This document shows, in pieces, positions 11,336 to 21,055 of a stretch of 64,000 bases of DNA. Origin of the DNA: a bacterium (GTDB lineage: Bacteria > Patescibacteriota > Minisyncoccia > Sungbacterales > HO2-52-23); assembly GCA_030697705.1 (NCBI GenBank), contig JAUYPE010000002.1:4312-68311 (forward strand), in the 5' to 3' direction. Under the pieces are notes generated by a model that ran no database searches, had not been told where the DNA came from, and was given only the letters and a program-made list of their open reading frames with translations. The stretch's first letter is position 1. Every line of letters begins with the position of its first letter. The translations under genes were made by a program, and so were the position numbers.

Positions 11336-12187
11336 TTATGGATTAAGCTTTTTTTTAAGCGAGTCTATTTCTGCGGCGACAGCGGCGTTACCCGGCTCAA
11401 GTACTAACACTTTTTGCCACCACAAGATCGCCTCCATGTAATTTTTCACTTCTTCGTAGCGCCGCCCAAGCATCTTTATGACATCAACACTTGTCGGATT
11501 CGCCGTATTGCCTTTGAGTAAGATATCAATCGCATCTTGCACCCTTTTTTCGGCACTGTAAAAATCAGAGAGGGTAATATATGCCGCCGGCTCGTCAGGT
11601 TTATTGGCAATGGCAATCTTGAAATTTTTCTCCGCCTTTGCGGCGTCCTTGAGATAACTCGCGTAGATCTCGCCAAGGTTTGCAAACGAGACGACGTTTT
11701 TCGGACGAATCGCTCCCGCATACTCCCACGCATCGCGTGCGCCTTCATAGTCGCCAATTGATTTTTTCAACAGTCCCAGTTCAATCCAAATATTAAAAAG
11801 ATTCGGATCGCTTTTAACCGCCGCCCCGTCATTTCGGATGGTTCCGTACAGCTTCTGCCGCTGATCCTCGCTGTATCCCGCAACTTCTATCGCAACCGGG
11901 CGCACTTCGTCCGCAGGACGACCGCGATAAGGAACGGAGACAGGAGGCGGAGCGGGATTGTCTTCTTGTACCTGCACCGTGGGCGAGGCAGAAATGGAGG
12001 GTGGTGCCGGGGCGTTTGAGTTATTTTTCTCTCCACTCGCACTTCCAAATACGGATGATCCGGGCTCCTCTGCCGACATGTCGGGCGCAGGAATCTGACG
12101 GCGCAGAACAAAAAGACCCGCACTCGCAACAAGAACGATACCGAGTGCGATCACCACTATTTTCCTTTGCGATAATAAAAATGCCAT
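11336..12187 (-). CDS. Membrane-anchored TPR protein
   Basis: N-terminal TM, Pro/Ser linker, TPR-like helical repeats. Confidence 0.8.
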   Translation of the reverse strand: MAFLLSQRKIVVIALGIVLVASAGLFVLRRQIPAPDMSAEEPGSSVFGSASGEKNNSNAPAPPSISASPTVQVQEDNPAPPPVSVPYRGRPADEVRPVAIEVAGYSEDQRQKLYGTIRNDGAAVKSDPNLFNIWIELGLLKKSIGDYEGARDAWEYAGAIRPKNVVSFANLGEIYASYLKDAAKAEKNFKIAIANKPDEPAAYITLSDFYSAEKRVQDAIDILLKGNTANPTSVDVIKMLGRRYEEVKNYMEAILWWQKVLVLEPGNAAVAAEIDSLKKKLNP

Positions 12188-12213
12188 AGCAGAACCATCC
12201 TAAATCAGCTCCC

Positions 12214-13185
12214 CTACCGTGTCAATGCGAAACGAAACCCCCCAACCGGGGCTGTTGCGCTCGTCACATACGATTGATAGAGCTCAACTATTAACGAGCC
12301 ATTGACTACATAATCAAGCGATTCAATCCAGAGACCGAAGCTTTGATTCGTTGCACTTGCCAATGTTATAGGAAATGACAACTTGACCTGACGGCGAAAT
12401 GACCCCCCCACCGGCGGCGGGTCGTTGTTAATGACAAAATTAGTTTTACTGATGAGCGTATCACTCGTGGATGTCCCATTGCGTACGATAAACTCAACTG
12501 TTTTATTCCGGTTAAGCGTTGAATTCATCCCGTCATGAATATCAAGCTCTAATTGTACAAACGCGACCGGATTCGCAGTAGTATTCGCAATAGCGATATC
12601 TCCAATTTTGAGGGGCGTTATCATCGTATTCGGAAACAACTGCTCAAATGAGCCGCTGATGCGAACTTCGGAAACCAGAATGGGAGCGGGAGACGCGAGC
12701 GGTGTTGAAGACGCGACGGGAATCGGTGACACCACGTGAGTGGTTGTCGCCTGAACGGGGGGCGTTTGTTGCTCCGCCGCCAGTTGCGCGCGCAACACAA
12801 CGAGACGTGCCTGCAATACCAGGATTTGCGACAAAAGATCATTTTGAAGCATGGTTGCGGTATCGTCCCCTCCTTGAACTACTTTATCCTGAAGCAAAAC
12901 ATTTATCCGCGCCCGTGTCAACGGACCAAAAAAACCACTCGCCGGCATGATCCCCTCTCGCTTCTGCAGTAATACGACGGCCCCGCGCGTCGCAACACCG
13001 TAATAACCTGTGATTTTCCCGCCCAAGTAGATTTGAGGATCCTGCGCCAGCCACTCCTGTAACTGGCGGACATCATCCCCTTGTGCACCCAATGACAAAT
13101 TGCGGTCAAATACCGCTCCCGCCGCAAGGGGAACGAAGAGCGCCAGCATCACGAGACAACAAAAGAAATAGTGCTTTCTAAACAT
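12214..13185 (-). CDS. Secreted peptidoglycan-binding domain protein
   Basis: Signal peptide; LSLGAQGDDVRQLQEWL...GFFGPLTR PG_binding_1-like domain. Confidence 0.8.
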   Translation of the reverse strand: MFRKHYFFCCLVMLALFVPLAAGAVFDRNLSLGAQGDDVRQLQEWLAQDPQIYLGGKITGYYGVATRGAVVLLQKREGIMPASGFFGPLTRARINVLLQDKVVQGGDDTATMLQNDLLSQILVLQARLVVLRAQLAAEQQTPPVQATTTHVVSPIPVASSTPLASPAPILVSEVRISGSFEQLFPNTMITPLKIGDIAIANTTANPVAFVQLELDIHDGMNSTLNRNKTVEFIVRNGTSTSDTLISKTNFVINNDPPPVGGSFRRQVKLSFPITLASATNQSFGLWIESLDYVVNGSLIVELYQSYVTSATAPVGGFRFALTR

Positions 13186-13336
13186 GCTCCAATAATACCG
13201 CAACACGGAGACAATCGCAAGAAAGAAAGCCAAAGACCGAGAGAATACATGAACACCTGAATTCTTATTGCATCATCCGGAGTCCCCGCCCGCCGGCGGG
13301 CGTGGCGCCCGGGACGGACGAATAACCCTATAAACA

Positions 13337-13370
13337 ACCACCTCCCGTCGCACAAGGCACGGGAGGTGGT
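13337..13370. terminator. Intrinsic terminator-like hairpin
   Basis: ACCACCTCCCGT/ACGGGAGGTGGT 12-bp stem downstream of 13406..14563. Confidence 0.6.
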
Positions 13371-13405
13371 GAGAATTCCTATTACACAACCATTACAGAA
13401 TCCAT

Positions 13406-14563
13406 TTACGGAGTCACTCCGGATGATCCGCTTGAAACCTCAAGGAGTTTTGCGCGGGTTTTCGGCCCCACATATCCATAGGCAAACTCGCCTTCTTGGG
13501 CGATACCATACCGCTCCTGAAATCGCCCGACTGCTTTACGAGTCAGTGGTCCGAAGTAACCGCTTATAATGCCTTCTGGGTAAAGAGTTGAATCAGAGGC
13601 GAGATATTTTTGAAGAGCGCGAACATCATCACCCTGAAAACCATCGTCTATATCCCGTCCGAGAGCGAGCGGGGCGGCCACTTCTGCAGAAACGGGTGGG
13701 TTCGCGACAGGAACGACCGACTGATCCGGAGTAGCGACATCTTCGGATCCGGAAAGTTCAGCAAGTTTCATCCGCGTCTGCGGACCAACTCTCCCTACCG
13801 GCGGCAAGCCGTACTTCGCCTGAAATCGACGCACCGCCGCGCGGGTCAGAGCACCGTAGTAACCAGTAACCCTTCCTTCGGGATACATTATAGGATCTTT
13901 TGCGAGCCACTCCTGCAACTGCCGGACATCATCTCCTTCAGCGCCCAACGAGAGATCACGGGTCAGCACCAGTGTCGACCCTAAGGAACTTTCCCGTGAA
14001 GTACCATCAGGAGAAGACAAGACCGTCGGTAGAACAGGTGGGACGGCAAGAGGAGCTTGAGCGACCACACTCACAGACGAGGTTGCGGTGGATGAGGTGG
14101 CAGTGCTCACAGCAACTGGCGAGGATGTTACCGATCCACCGCCCCCGCCACCCCCTCCTCCACCACCGCCACTACTGCTAACACCCGAACCACTGTCTCC
14201 CCCGCCACTGGTAGTGCAGGTACCCGAAGGCGTTACCGTAACGGTCTCCGTTGCCGAACCCGAAGGCACAGAGAGGAACACGCGCGATTCACTTGCTTTG
14301 CACTCTGTTGCAACACTCTTTGAGTTTGTCAATGTTTTCTTACCGGCAGACGACAACTCCACGCTACTGCCCGCTGACAAAACGAAAGTAAAAGTGCCGT
14401 TATTAATGTCAACCGAATCAAAAGTACCCGACACAATTGTGTACTCCGATCCGTCCGATGGCAGAACGAGCGTCGGACCACCCACCGCCGTCACGGCGGC
14501 GGCAAGCACCCCGAGCGGCAGAATCACGACGACACTGCATAAAACAGAAATGATTCGTTTCAT
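13406..14563 (-). CDS. Secreted protein with two peptidoglycan-binding domains
   Basis: Signal peptide, poly-Gly/Ser linker, two GDDVRxLQ...GyfGplTR repeats. Confidence 0.82.
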   Translation of the reverse strand: MKRIISVLCSVVVILPLGVLAAAVTAVGGPTLVLPSDGSEYTIVSGTFDSVDINNGTFTFVLSAGSSVELSSAGKKTLTNSKSVATECKASESRVFLSVPSGSATETVTVTPSGTCTTSGGGDSGSGVSSSGGGGGGGGGGGGSVTSSPVAVSTATSSTATSSVSVVAQAPLAVPPVLPTVLSSPDGTSRESSLGSTLVLTRDLSLGAEGDDVRQLQEWLAKDPIMYPEGRVTGYYGALTRAAVRRFQAKYGLPPVGRVGPQTRMKLAELSGSEDVATPDQSVVPVANPPVSAEVAAPLALGRDIDDGFQGDDVRALQKYLASDSTLYPEGIISGYFGPLTRKAVGRFQERYGIAQEGEFAYGYVGPKTRAKLLEVSSGSSGVTP

Positions 14564-14627
14564 TGTGATGCGCACATTAGATGAATCCTGTTACTGCGGG
14601 TTTACGAACCGCAACAACGGGACAAGA

Positions 14628-15305
14628 TTAGCGACACGAACCTTCCTCAATCCGCAAGCTTGAACTTGCAGCTTGCACCAGAGTGCCGCCAGTAACGATG
14701 TACACCCGATACATCACTCCGTCAGAAGCCCCGCGCATGTTGATACAGCCGCCTTTGCCACGCGGAGATGTCACTATCGGTGAACTTGAAGCATCAATCG
14801 TGAGCGTCGTGGTGGCTGAACTGTTGTTACCAATGATTACCGTGCCATCACCTCCAACGGCGAAAGCTGCTCCTGGAGTACCCGTACCAATGCCTACTCT
14901 ATATGTTGCGGCATCAAGACCGAAGAACGCATGAGGCGCAGAAGAGGTCGCCAGCTGAAACGCATTATTAGTCGTACCGATCGTAGAAGTTCCCGCATTC
15001 CAGGTGATTGCATCGGTTACCGCATCCCCTAGCGTAATGGCACCATTTAATACCGTAGCGCCTGTTACCGTAGCCGCAGTGAGCGTGCCGTTTACGGTAA
15101 TCGTGTCTGCCGCCGCATCCCCAAGAGTAACACCACCATTTAATGTTGTGGCGCCTGTCGTCGTTAAGGTACCCGTTACCGAAACATCACCTCCAATACT
15201 CGTCGCATACACTGAAGCGCCTAGACCCACAAAAACTCCCAATGCGAGAGCAAGCACGAACACGAACTTTTGGTAAACAGATCTCTCTAAATGGATACGA
15301 AACAT
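14628..15305 (-). CDS. Secreted beta-rich fibre/adhesin-like protein
   Basis: Signal peptide; repeated LNG.(V/I)TLGDA..D.IT; RVGIGTGTP motif. Confidence 0.6.
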   Translation of the reverse strand: MFRIHLERSVYQKFVFVLALALGVFVGLGASVYATSIGGDVSVTGTLTTTGATTLNGGVTLGDAAADTITVNGTLTAATVTGATVLNGAITLGDAVTDAITWNAGTSTIGTTNNAFQLATSSAPHAFFGLDAATYRVGIGTGTPGAAFAVGGDGTVIIGNNSSATTTLTIDASSSPIVTSPRGKGGCINMRGASDGVMYRVYIVTGGTLVQAASSSLRIEEGSCR

Positions 15306-15369
15306 AGGAAATAAAAAGATTAACTTGAAACTGAAGAAAAGCAACTGCCTTTTCTACGGTCTCATCTAT

Positions 15370-15437
15370 GATTAAGAAAAAGAGGTAACGCGCAGGAACC
15401 AAACGGCTTCGACCAGCCCTGCGAACGGGACACCTCT
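15370..15437 (-). promoter_or_regulatory. Structured 5' leader hairpin
   Basis: AAGAGGT/ACCTCTT and CGCAG/CTGCG stems about 65 nt upstream of the 15305 start. Confidence 0.4.
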
Positions 15438-15539
15438 TCATAAAAACAACTTATGTTCTCATAATACATCTTTTGTACAATTACTGCATATTCTCCACCT
15501 GTGGATAACTTTAGGACTTATGCGTTTGCCCCCCAACCC

Positions 15540-15631
15540 CGTCATTCCGATCCGCCCTAGGCGGAGAGGAATCCCGCTAACATTCAGAATGCTGAAATCG
15601 TACGGGATTCCTCACTCTGTTCGGAATGACG
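15540..15631. repeat. GTCAT...ATGAC palindromic repeat, copy 1
   Basis: CGTCATTCCGA...GGAATCCCG...TGAAATCGTACGGGATTCC...TCGGAATGACG. Confidence 0.85.
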
Positions 15632-15667
15632 ACCGAATAAAACACACTGGTATGATTCACATAAAAC

Positions 15668-15700
15668 AAAAAGCCCTCGCCCGAAGACGGAGGACTTTTT
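15668..15700 (-). terminator. Terminator of the S-layer-like gene
   Basis: GC-rich stem with a TTCG loop followed by a T run on the minus strand. Confidence 0.75.
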
Positions 15701-15730
15701 GCTAGCCACAAGGAAGCTATGAGTATCGCG

Positions 15731-18700
15731 TTACTTGGAGATCGTCTGGGGAGACATCTCTGTTGCTGGCAATCCGGGCAAGAGGTAGCCGTTCAACCAG
15801 TCATTCGTGGTAGTTGCCGATGTCGTTGTAGAGTTCGGCGACCATACGAAGTTACTGCTTGATGCCGTGCTACTCCCTACCGCGAGCGTATCTTGCGAAA
15901 TACCACCCATGTTACCGCTACCCTCGCTCGTTCCCGTACCACCCAACATTGTAGAGAGTGTTGGGAAGAAGACACTGTCACCCACAAGAGCCACCGTGAT
16001 GGAGTCCCCTGTTGTGGTACGCGCAACAGTACCAACCAACTTGAAGTAGCGCGTCGTCCCGGCAGGAACATTGATCGCCTCTGAATTCGGTGCGGACGCA
16101 CTATTCGTCACCGGATCAAAGAAGACCGATATATTCGTGGTGGATGCGGCAACATTCGTATTGGCAGTACATGCCTGGGCGGTAGCAGTCTGGAGCGACC
16201 AAGAACCGACACAGTTAACGGCGTTCGCGTTGATCGGATTAGCAGCATACGCCGCCGTGGAGAACGCTGAATCGGTGTACGCGAAAACTTTAAAGGCCGA
16301 TGTTGTTGCAATTGATGTGGAGGAGATGCGGAAGGTAAACTTGTACAGTCCGATATCTCCATCCGTCGGCGCCGTCACGCTGAAGCGATACAGATCCATG
16401 GCCGTGTTGGAGAGCGTGTTTGTCGGCAAGGCCAATGAAGCAAGTGTCGGATGTGCCTTTACCAGACGGATACCCTTCGCCGCCGTATGGGATCCGAGAG
16501 CCGTGTCAATCGTCGTACCGGACGACTGACCGATACCTTTGGCAAGCCCCCTTCCGTCATAGTCAAGAACGATCAGATGACCGGAGTCAGCACCGTTTGT
16601 CGCCGCCTTACCCAAAGGTCCGCTTGTTCCCGCCGCAATAAGATCAACTTTAACGGTCAAGAGCTTATCAGCATCCTTTGGAACAATGAAGTCACTCGTC
16701 AGCGTTGAGGTTGCCTGGAAAATGCCGTTCTGGAAGGTCGCATTACCAACCTTCGTTGCGCCATCCCACAACGATACATTATTCACATCGGTCGTGGAAG
16801 CCGTAGCGGTAGCCATTACCAAGGTGAATTTCGTGAGCTTAATCGCCTCATTATCAGCGTGCAATTTGAACACGGTGGCAAGAACATCCGTCTTACCCGC
16901 CGTTCCAAAGCGCTCTGAAGGAGATGAAGCATCCAAAGTAACCGTCAGTACTCCGCCCGTCTTTATCGTCATCGTCTGACCAGCACTCGTTGTGACCGTC
17001 TCCGTTACCGTCACTCCCGTATCTTTCCCCACAACCGTCGTATCGTTGTTTGTTGAGGTAAGACCGATAGAGAATGTTCCGTTTGACTGGGCACCCGAAG
17101 TAATATTGCACTTCACATCAACCGTCTTGCTCGTTCCTTTCGGAACAATCAGCTGATTGTCAAGTGTGAAGGTCGCCGCCGCTTCGGAAGTAGACGAATC
17201 CGGGTTAATAACATTGGAACCCGTGTTCAATGCTAGTGTGCCGTCAAACATCTGACAATTGTTGAGCTGGTTTGCATTCGCGCTTGCACCCGGAGTAATA
17301 CCAACCTTCTGGGCGGTTACGCGAACATCCTCTCCCGCATTAGACGCATCGTAGATGAGTCGGGCGAAGAGAAAGCCATTGATACCGCGAACTACGGACT
17401 GCGCCGAGGGCGTTCCCGAGACGGAAACCGAAAGCTTTGCCGTCTTAACCGTCTGAATGTTTGCAGAAACCGCAACAGACGGGGTCGGGGTAACCGTCAA
17501 ACCAGTCGTTTGACCGCGCGCCGTTATGTTTGACGCCGTCGTACTCGCCTGCAAGGTATCCTCGGCCTCAAAGTCAGTCGTCAGCTTACCTTTAATGGTA
17601 AAGACATGGTAACCAACAGGCACTGTCCATGTATCAGTGAAGGTGACCGTCTCATCCGAACCGACATCTTTCGGTCCGGCGACGATCACGCCGTTCTCAT
17701 TGAAGATTGCCACATTGTCAATCTGCGTTCCATCCTCGGCACTGTCGGTCAGTGAGAAGACGAGGGGGAAGGAGGTAATCTGAATCTCCTCGCCTTTTGC
17801 CTCAAAGCCGAAAGAACCAAGAGAGGTGTTGGATACGCTGACCGCAACATTCCCTGCGGGAATAGCATTGTTTTTCTCTACGCGAAGCGTACCTTTTGAG
17901 ATCGTGTGATCATACGCGTCGTAGTAGGGCTCCGCGCTGGAGAATGCTCCCGTGTCATCGGTCGGATCGCTTGTTCCGTTCGCGGGAATAATGACATAGC
18001 CAAATGTCTTACCGCGCGCTACGACATCCGTTCGGCGCTGGACATCAAAGTCAACCGTGCGAGCGGACCCGGAAATAATATCCGTCTTAATTGCAAGATC
18101 CATCGTGTCTCCCTTGGCAAACTCAATGCTTGGGGAGAATTTCGCGACATAGAACTTACCATCAGATGAAACAGCCGTCGGGTAATCAACTCCTTTCACA
18201 TTCACCACTACATTGCCGAGGTCGCCCGAAGCAGCAGACCCTGACTGATACCATCGTATCTGCTCCAAGAGCAACGGCTCCGCCGAACCAACCGTCCAGC
18301 GAGCACCCGATGCTACGAAGGCCTTTGTGCCAACCTCAAGAGCGGATCGTGCTGCTCCCGGATCCAACGCACCGCGCTGGGGTGAGGCAAGCGTACCGAT
18401 CGTCAGCGTTTCGTTAATAGTGAAACCATTGCCGACGATGGGAAGCGGTCCGCTTACCACAGCCGTACCAGCATCAATTGCCGTTACCGCAAAACTTACT
18501 ACTTGACCGCCGTTTGAACCGGCCGCAGGACGATTGAAGGCAATCGTCATCGTCTGTGTCGTTCCTTTTGCAATCGTGAACGACTGGCTCAATTTTGCTT
18601 CATGGTTCGCGTTAAGCGTCTTGGAAAGCCCAATCTGGCTTCCCGTTGAATCCAAGAGGACAACGCCATCAACGGAGCTGTCGTCCGCTAATCCCTGCCG

Positions 18701-19351
18701 TTGTACCGTGATGCTCTGCACGACGACATCACCGTCATTGGAAGCGGTCAGAGTAATGTTCGTCGCCGGAATGCGCGAGGCATTAAACGGAGCCAAAGCC
18801 GAAGCTGGCTGGGCTGGCGAGGTTACCGTCAAGCCCGTTCCTGTTCCTACCGCCGTCGTTGTAGTTGTAGGAGGAGGAGTAGGAGTTGTCGTGGTTGTCG
18901 TAGTCGTGGTTGTGGTCGTACTTGTCGTCGTTGACATTGACGCAAATTTCGCTCGAGATATTGGACCGAAATATCCCGCCGTCGGCGAGACGCCGTTTGC
19001 CGCCTGCCATGCCGACACCGCCGTCCTTGTTATCGGACCGAAGTACCCCGTCGCTCCACCTGAATAGGTGAAGAGACCCGCTGCTATCAGCGTCTCCTGA
19101 AGACAGGTGACATCTGCACCGCGCGAACCAATCGTCAGATCACGCGTAAAGGTACAGTTGCTTGCAGATGTGCTACTGGAACCGGATTTGAGCGCGGCAA
19201 GCTGTTTTGTAAGTTCAGCCACCTGCGCTGTTAACTGATCAATAAGATCCTGCGTCGTAACTTGTGCTACCGCCACAAACGGAACGAACGCGGCCGCACC
19301 CGAAAGTGCCAGCGCGGTCGCCACCGCCGCGACTCTGAATTTGATACTCAT
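15731..19351 (-). CDS. Large cell-surface (S-layer-like) protein
   Basis: 1206 aa; signal peptide, short coiled coil, PG-binding domain (DLTIGSRGADVTCLQ..GYFGPITR), Thr/Pro linker, long T/S/A/G-rich beta-sandwich-like region; strong terminator. Confidence 0.75.
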   Translation of the reverse strand: MSIKFRVAAVATALALSGAAAFVPFVAVAQVTTQDLIDQLTAQVAELTKQLAALKSGSSSTSASNCTFTRDLTIGSRGADVTCLQETLIAAGLFTYSGGATGYFGPITRTAVSAWQAANGVSPTAGYFGPISRAKFASMSTTTSTTTTTTTTTTTTPTPPPTTTTTAVGTGTGLTVTSPAQPASALAPFNASRIPATNITLTASNDGDVVVQSITVQRQGLADDSSVDGVVLLDSTGSQIGLSKTLNANHEAKLSQSFTIAKGTTQTMTIAFNRPAAGSNGGQVVSFAVTAIDAGTAVVSGPLPIVGNGFTINETLTIGTLASPQRGALDPGAARSALEVGTKAFVASGARWTVGSAEPLLLEQIRWYQSGSAASGDLGNVVVNVKGVDYPTAVSSDGKFYVAKFSPSIEFAKGDTMDLAIKTDIISGSARTVDFDVQRRTDVVARGKTFGYVIIPANGTSDPTDDTGAFSSAEPYYDAYDHTISKGTLRVEKNNAIPAGNVAVSVSNTSLGSFGFEAKGEEIQITSFPLVFSLTDSAEDGTQIDNVAIFNENGVIVAGPKDVGSDETVTFTDTWTVPVGYHVFTIKGKLTTDFEAEDTLQASTTASNITARGQTTGLTVTPTPSVAVSANIQTVKTAKLSVSVSGTPSAQSVVRGINGFLFARLIYDASNAGEDVRVTAQKVGITPGASANANQLNNCQMFDGTLALNTGSNVINPDSSTSEAAATFTLDNQLIVPKGTSKTVDVKCNITSGAQSNGTFSIGLTSTNNDTTVVGKDTGVTVTETVTTSAGQTMTIKTGGVLTVTLDASSPSERFGTAGKTDVLATVFKLHADNEAIKLTKFTLVMATATASTTDVNNVSLWDGATKVGNATFQNGIFQATSTLTSDFIVPKDADKLLTVKVDLIAAGTSGPLGKAATNGADSGHLIVLDYDGRGLAKGIGQSSGTTIDTALGSHTAAKGIRLVKAHPTLASLALPTNTLSNTAMDLYRFSVTAPTDGDIGLYKFTFRISSTSIATTSAFKVFAYTDSAFSTAAYAANPINANAVNCVGSWSLQTATAQACTANTNVAASTTNISVFFDPVTNSASAPNSEAINVPAGTTRYFKLVGTVARTTTGDSITVALVGDSVFFPTLSTMLGGTGTSEGSGNMGGISQDTLAVGSSTASSSNFVWSPNSTTTSATTTNDWLNGYLLPGLPATEMSPQTISK

Positions 19352-19385
19352 AATGTATGCGTTAACTTTTCTTCATACGATACCC

Positions 19386-19690
19386 GTGCGCTTTCAGATG
19401 AGGTAAGCCCCTCTGCAACCACCGCAGGCACCGCATGTCGGAAACCTCTTTTCATCTTCCGCAGTTGCAGATGATGAAAGAGCTTTCCTTGCCATGGGAA
19501 CGCTCGTTTTTTATCTGTCGACGTCTAAATGGCTAATAATGGGTTCAGATAAGAAAACGGGCGTTAACTAACTTCAATGTTTAATGACCTAACCGAAGCA
19601 ATGGAGCCATGTCGTTTCTTCTCGCCTCCATCACTTACCATTCGCATGAGCGAATATGAGGTGAAGTGGCAAGGAATCGACCCGACCTAA
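19386..19690. ncRNA. Multibranch structured RNA upstream of the S-layer-like gene
   Basis: Nested helices 19437-41/19682-86, 19440-56/19473-88, 19485-94/19667-76, 19499-517/19546-65 plus two further hairpins; no credible ORF. Confidence 0.55.
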
Positions 19691-19948
19691 ACTCCAGATA
19701 AATATCTTGGTAATTTGATAAGGGAATGATTGCGCACCCCCTGTTCTTAAATTTTCAAAGTACGGTCATGCGGCGACACCAGCGAACAATACTCTCTCCT
19801 TTCCCCTATTGCAAATCGGATGTGAACGAAGACGGGAAAACAAACTCCTCGCTCGCATCAGATTTTCAACCTTTTAACGAGAGAAACCAACCAAAAAGGC
19901 GTTTTTTCGGCGGCACATAAAGCACTAAAACAAACCACATTACTTGCA

Positions 19949-19976
19949 AGTATAACTCATCATCCTGTTACCACAA
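19949..19976 (-). promoter_or_regulatory. Candidate sigma70 promoter of the S-layer-like gene
   Basis: TTGTGG-16 nt-TATACT on the minus strand; DnaA-box-like motifs just upstream. Confidence 0.4.
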
Positions 19977-20107
19977 GGAGAGTTTTCCACAAGGGATTTC
20001 AAGGTCATCCACAAGACACACGGTACTCTGGGTAAGTATAGACCGATATGCGCAACTCATCAAACGGACACCATGTGGAAAACTTTTTCACGCCTCCTCC
20101 GGACATA

Positions 20108-20983
20108 TTATTTCTCCTTCAGCACGCTTTGAAGATACTCCTGAAACTCTCCACCGACCTCCTGGTGCGCTATGCCAGCCGCCACGGTAGCTTTCAGAAA
20201 ACCGAGCCGGTCGCCACAGTCGTAACGCGTACCTTCATACAGATATCCATAAATCTCGCCGCCGCTTCTCATCCGCTCCTCCATCGCCACAATATCATGG
20301 AACTCTCCCGATTCGGGCCGATTCGCCCGCTCAAGAAATTCTAGAATATCAGGGGTAAGGATGTAGCGCCCTATCCGTATGATATCCGACGGAGCGTCTT
20401 CCACGCGCGGCTTTTCAACAACTCCTTCAACTTTGTACAATCGCGGTGAAATCTCACTTCCTTTTACCACGCCATACCGCGAGAGCGTTTCGGGCGGCAT
20501 GCGCGTCAGTGCCAACACCGGAGCCCGATAGCGTTCATAGATCGGCATCAATTGCGCCAGGCATGACTCGCGTCCCATCACCAAATCATCTCCGTAAAAA
20601 ACTGCAAACGGTTCGTCGCCGATAAGATGCCGTGCGGCCAAGAGAGCATCCCCCGTTCCGCGTTGCTCATGCTGGCGGACAAAAGTAAACGTCGCCATCT
20701 CTGCGATCCGGCGGACATCATCCGCAAGATGTCCTTTATTGTGTTGTCGCAGAAAGGCCTCCAATTCTCCCGCAACATCAAAATGATCTTCCAACGATCG
20801 TTTCGCTCGGGATGTCACGAGTATAATCTCTTTTATCCCCGCGTCAACCGCCTCTTCCACCAAATATTGAATAACCGGCTTATCTACAAGCGGAAACATC
20901 TCTTTTGGTTGTACCTTTGTCGCCGGCAAAAATCTTGTGCCCAAGCCCGCAACCAAAAATACCGCTTTTTTAACAATACTCAT
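20108..20983 (-). CDS. galU: UTP-glucose-1-phosphate uridylyltransferase
   Basis: KAVFLVAGLGTRFLPATKVQPKEMFPLVDKP; VEKP; YDCG. Confidence 0.93.
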   Translation of the reverse strand: MSIVKKAVFLVAGLGTRFLPATKVQPKEMFPLVDKPVIQYLVEEAVDAGIKEIILVTSRAKRSLEDHFDVAGELEAFLRQHNKGHLADDVRRIAEMATFTFVRQHEQRGTGDALLAARHLIGDEPFAVFYGDDLVMGRESCLAQLMPIYERYRAPVLALTRMPPETLSRYGVVKGSEISPRLYKVEGVVEKPRVEDAPSDIIRIGRYILTPDILEFLERANRPESGEFHDIVAMEERMRSGGEIYGYLYEGTRYDCGDRLGFLKATVAAGIAHQEVGGEFQEYLQSVLKEK

Positions 20984-20999
20984 AGATCTTATTTGTAAG

Positions 21000-21055
21000 A
21001 TGTCCTCTCTATAATAAATGTCCTAAATAATGTCCTTTATTTGAATTTATGTCCT
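21000..21055. repeat. Four ATGTCCT heptamers
   Basis: ATGTCCT at 21000, 21018, 21030 and 21049; inverted copy AGGACAT at 21897. Confidence 0.7.

Noticed and set aside
18855-18935. Phase-variable microsatellite in the S-layer-like gene (also poly-Gly at about 14135-14175)
   Set aside because: Codons are heterogeneous; these are ordinary low-complexity linkers
19960-20090. Replication origin
   Set aside because: Only a few imperfect DnaA boxes, no dnaA/dnaN nearby, and no switch in gene orientation
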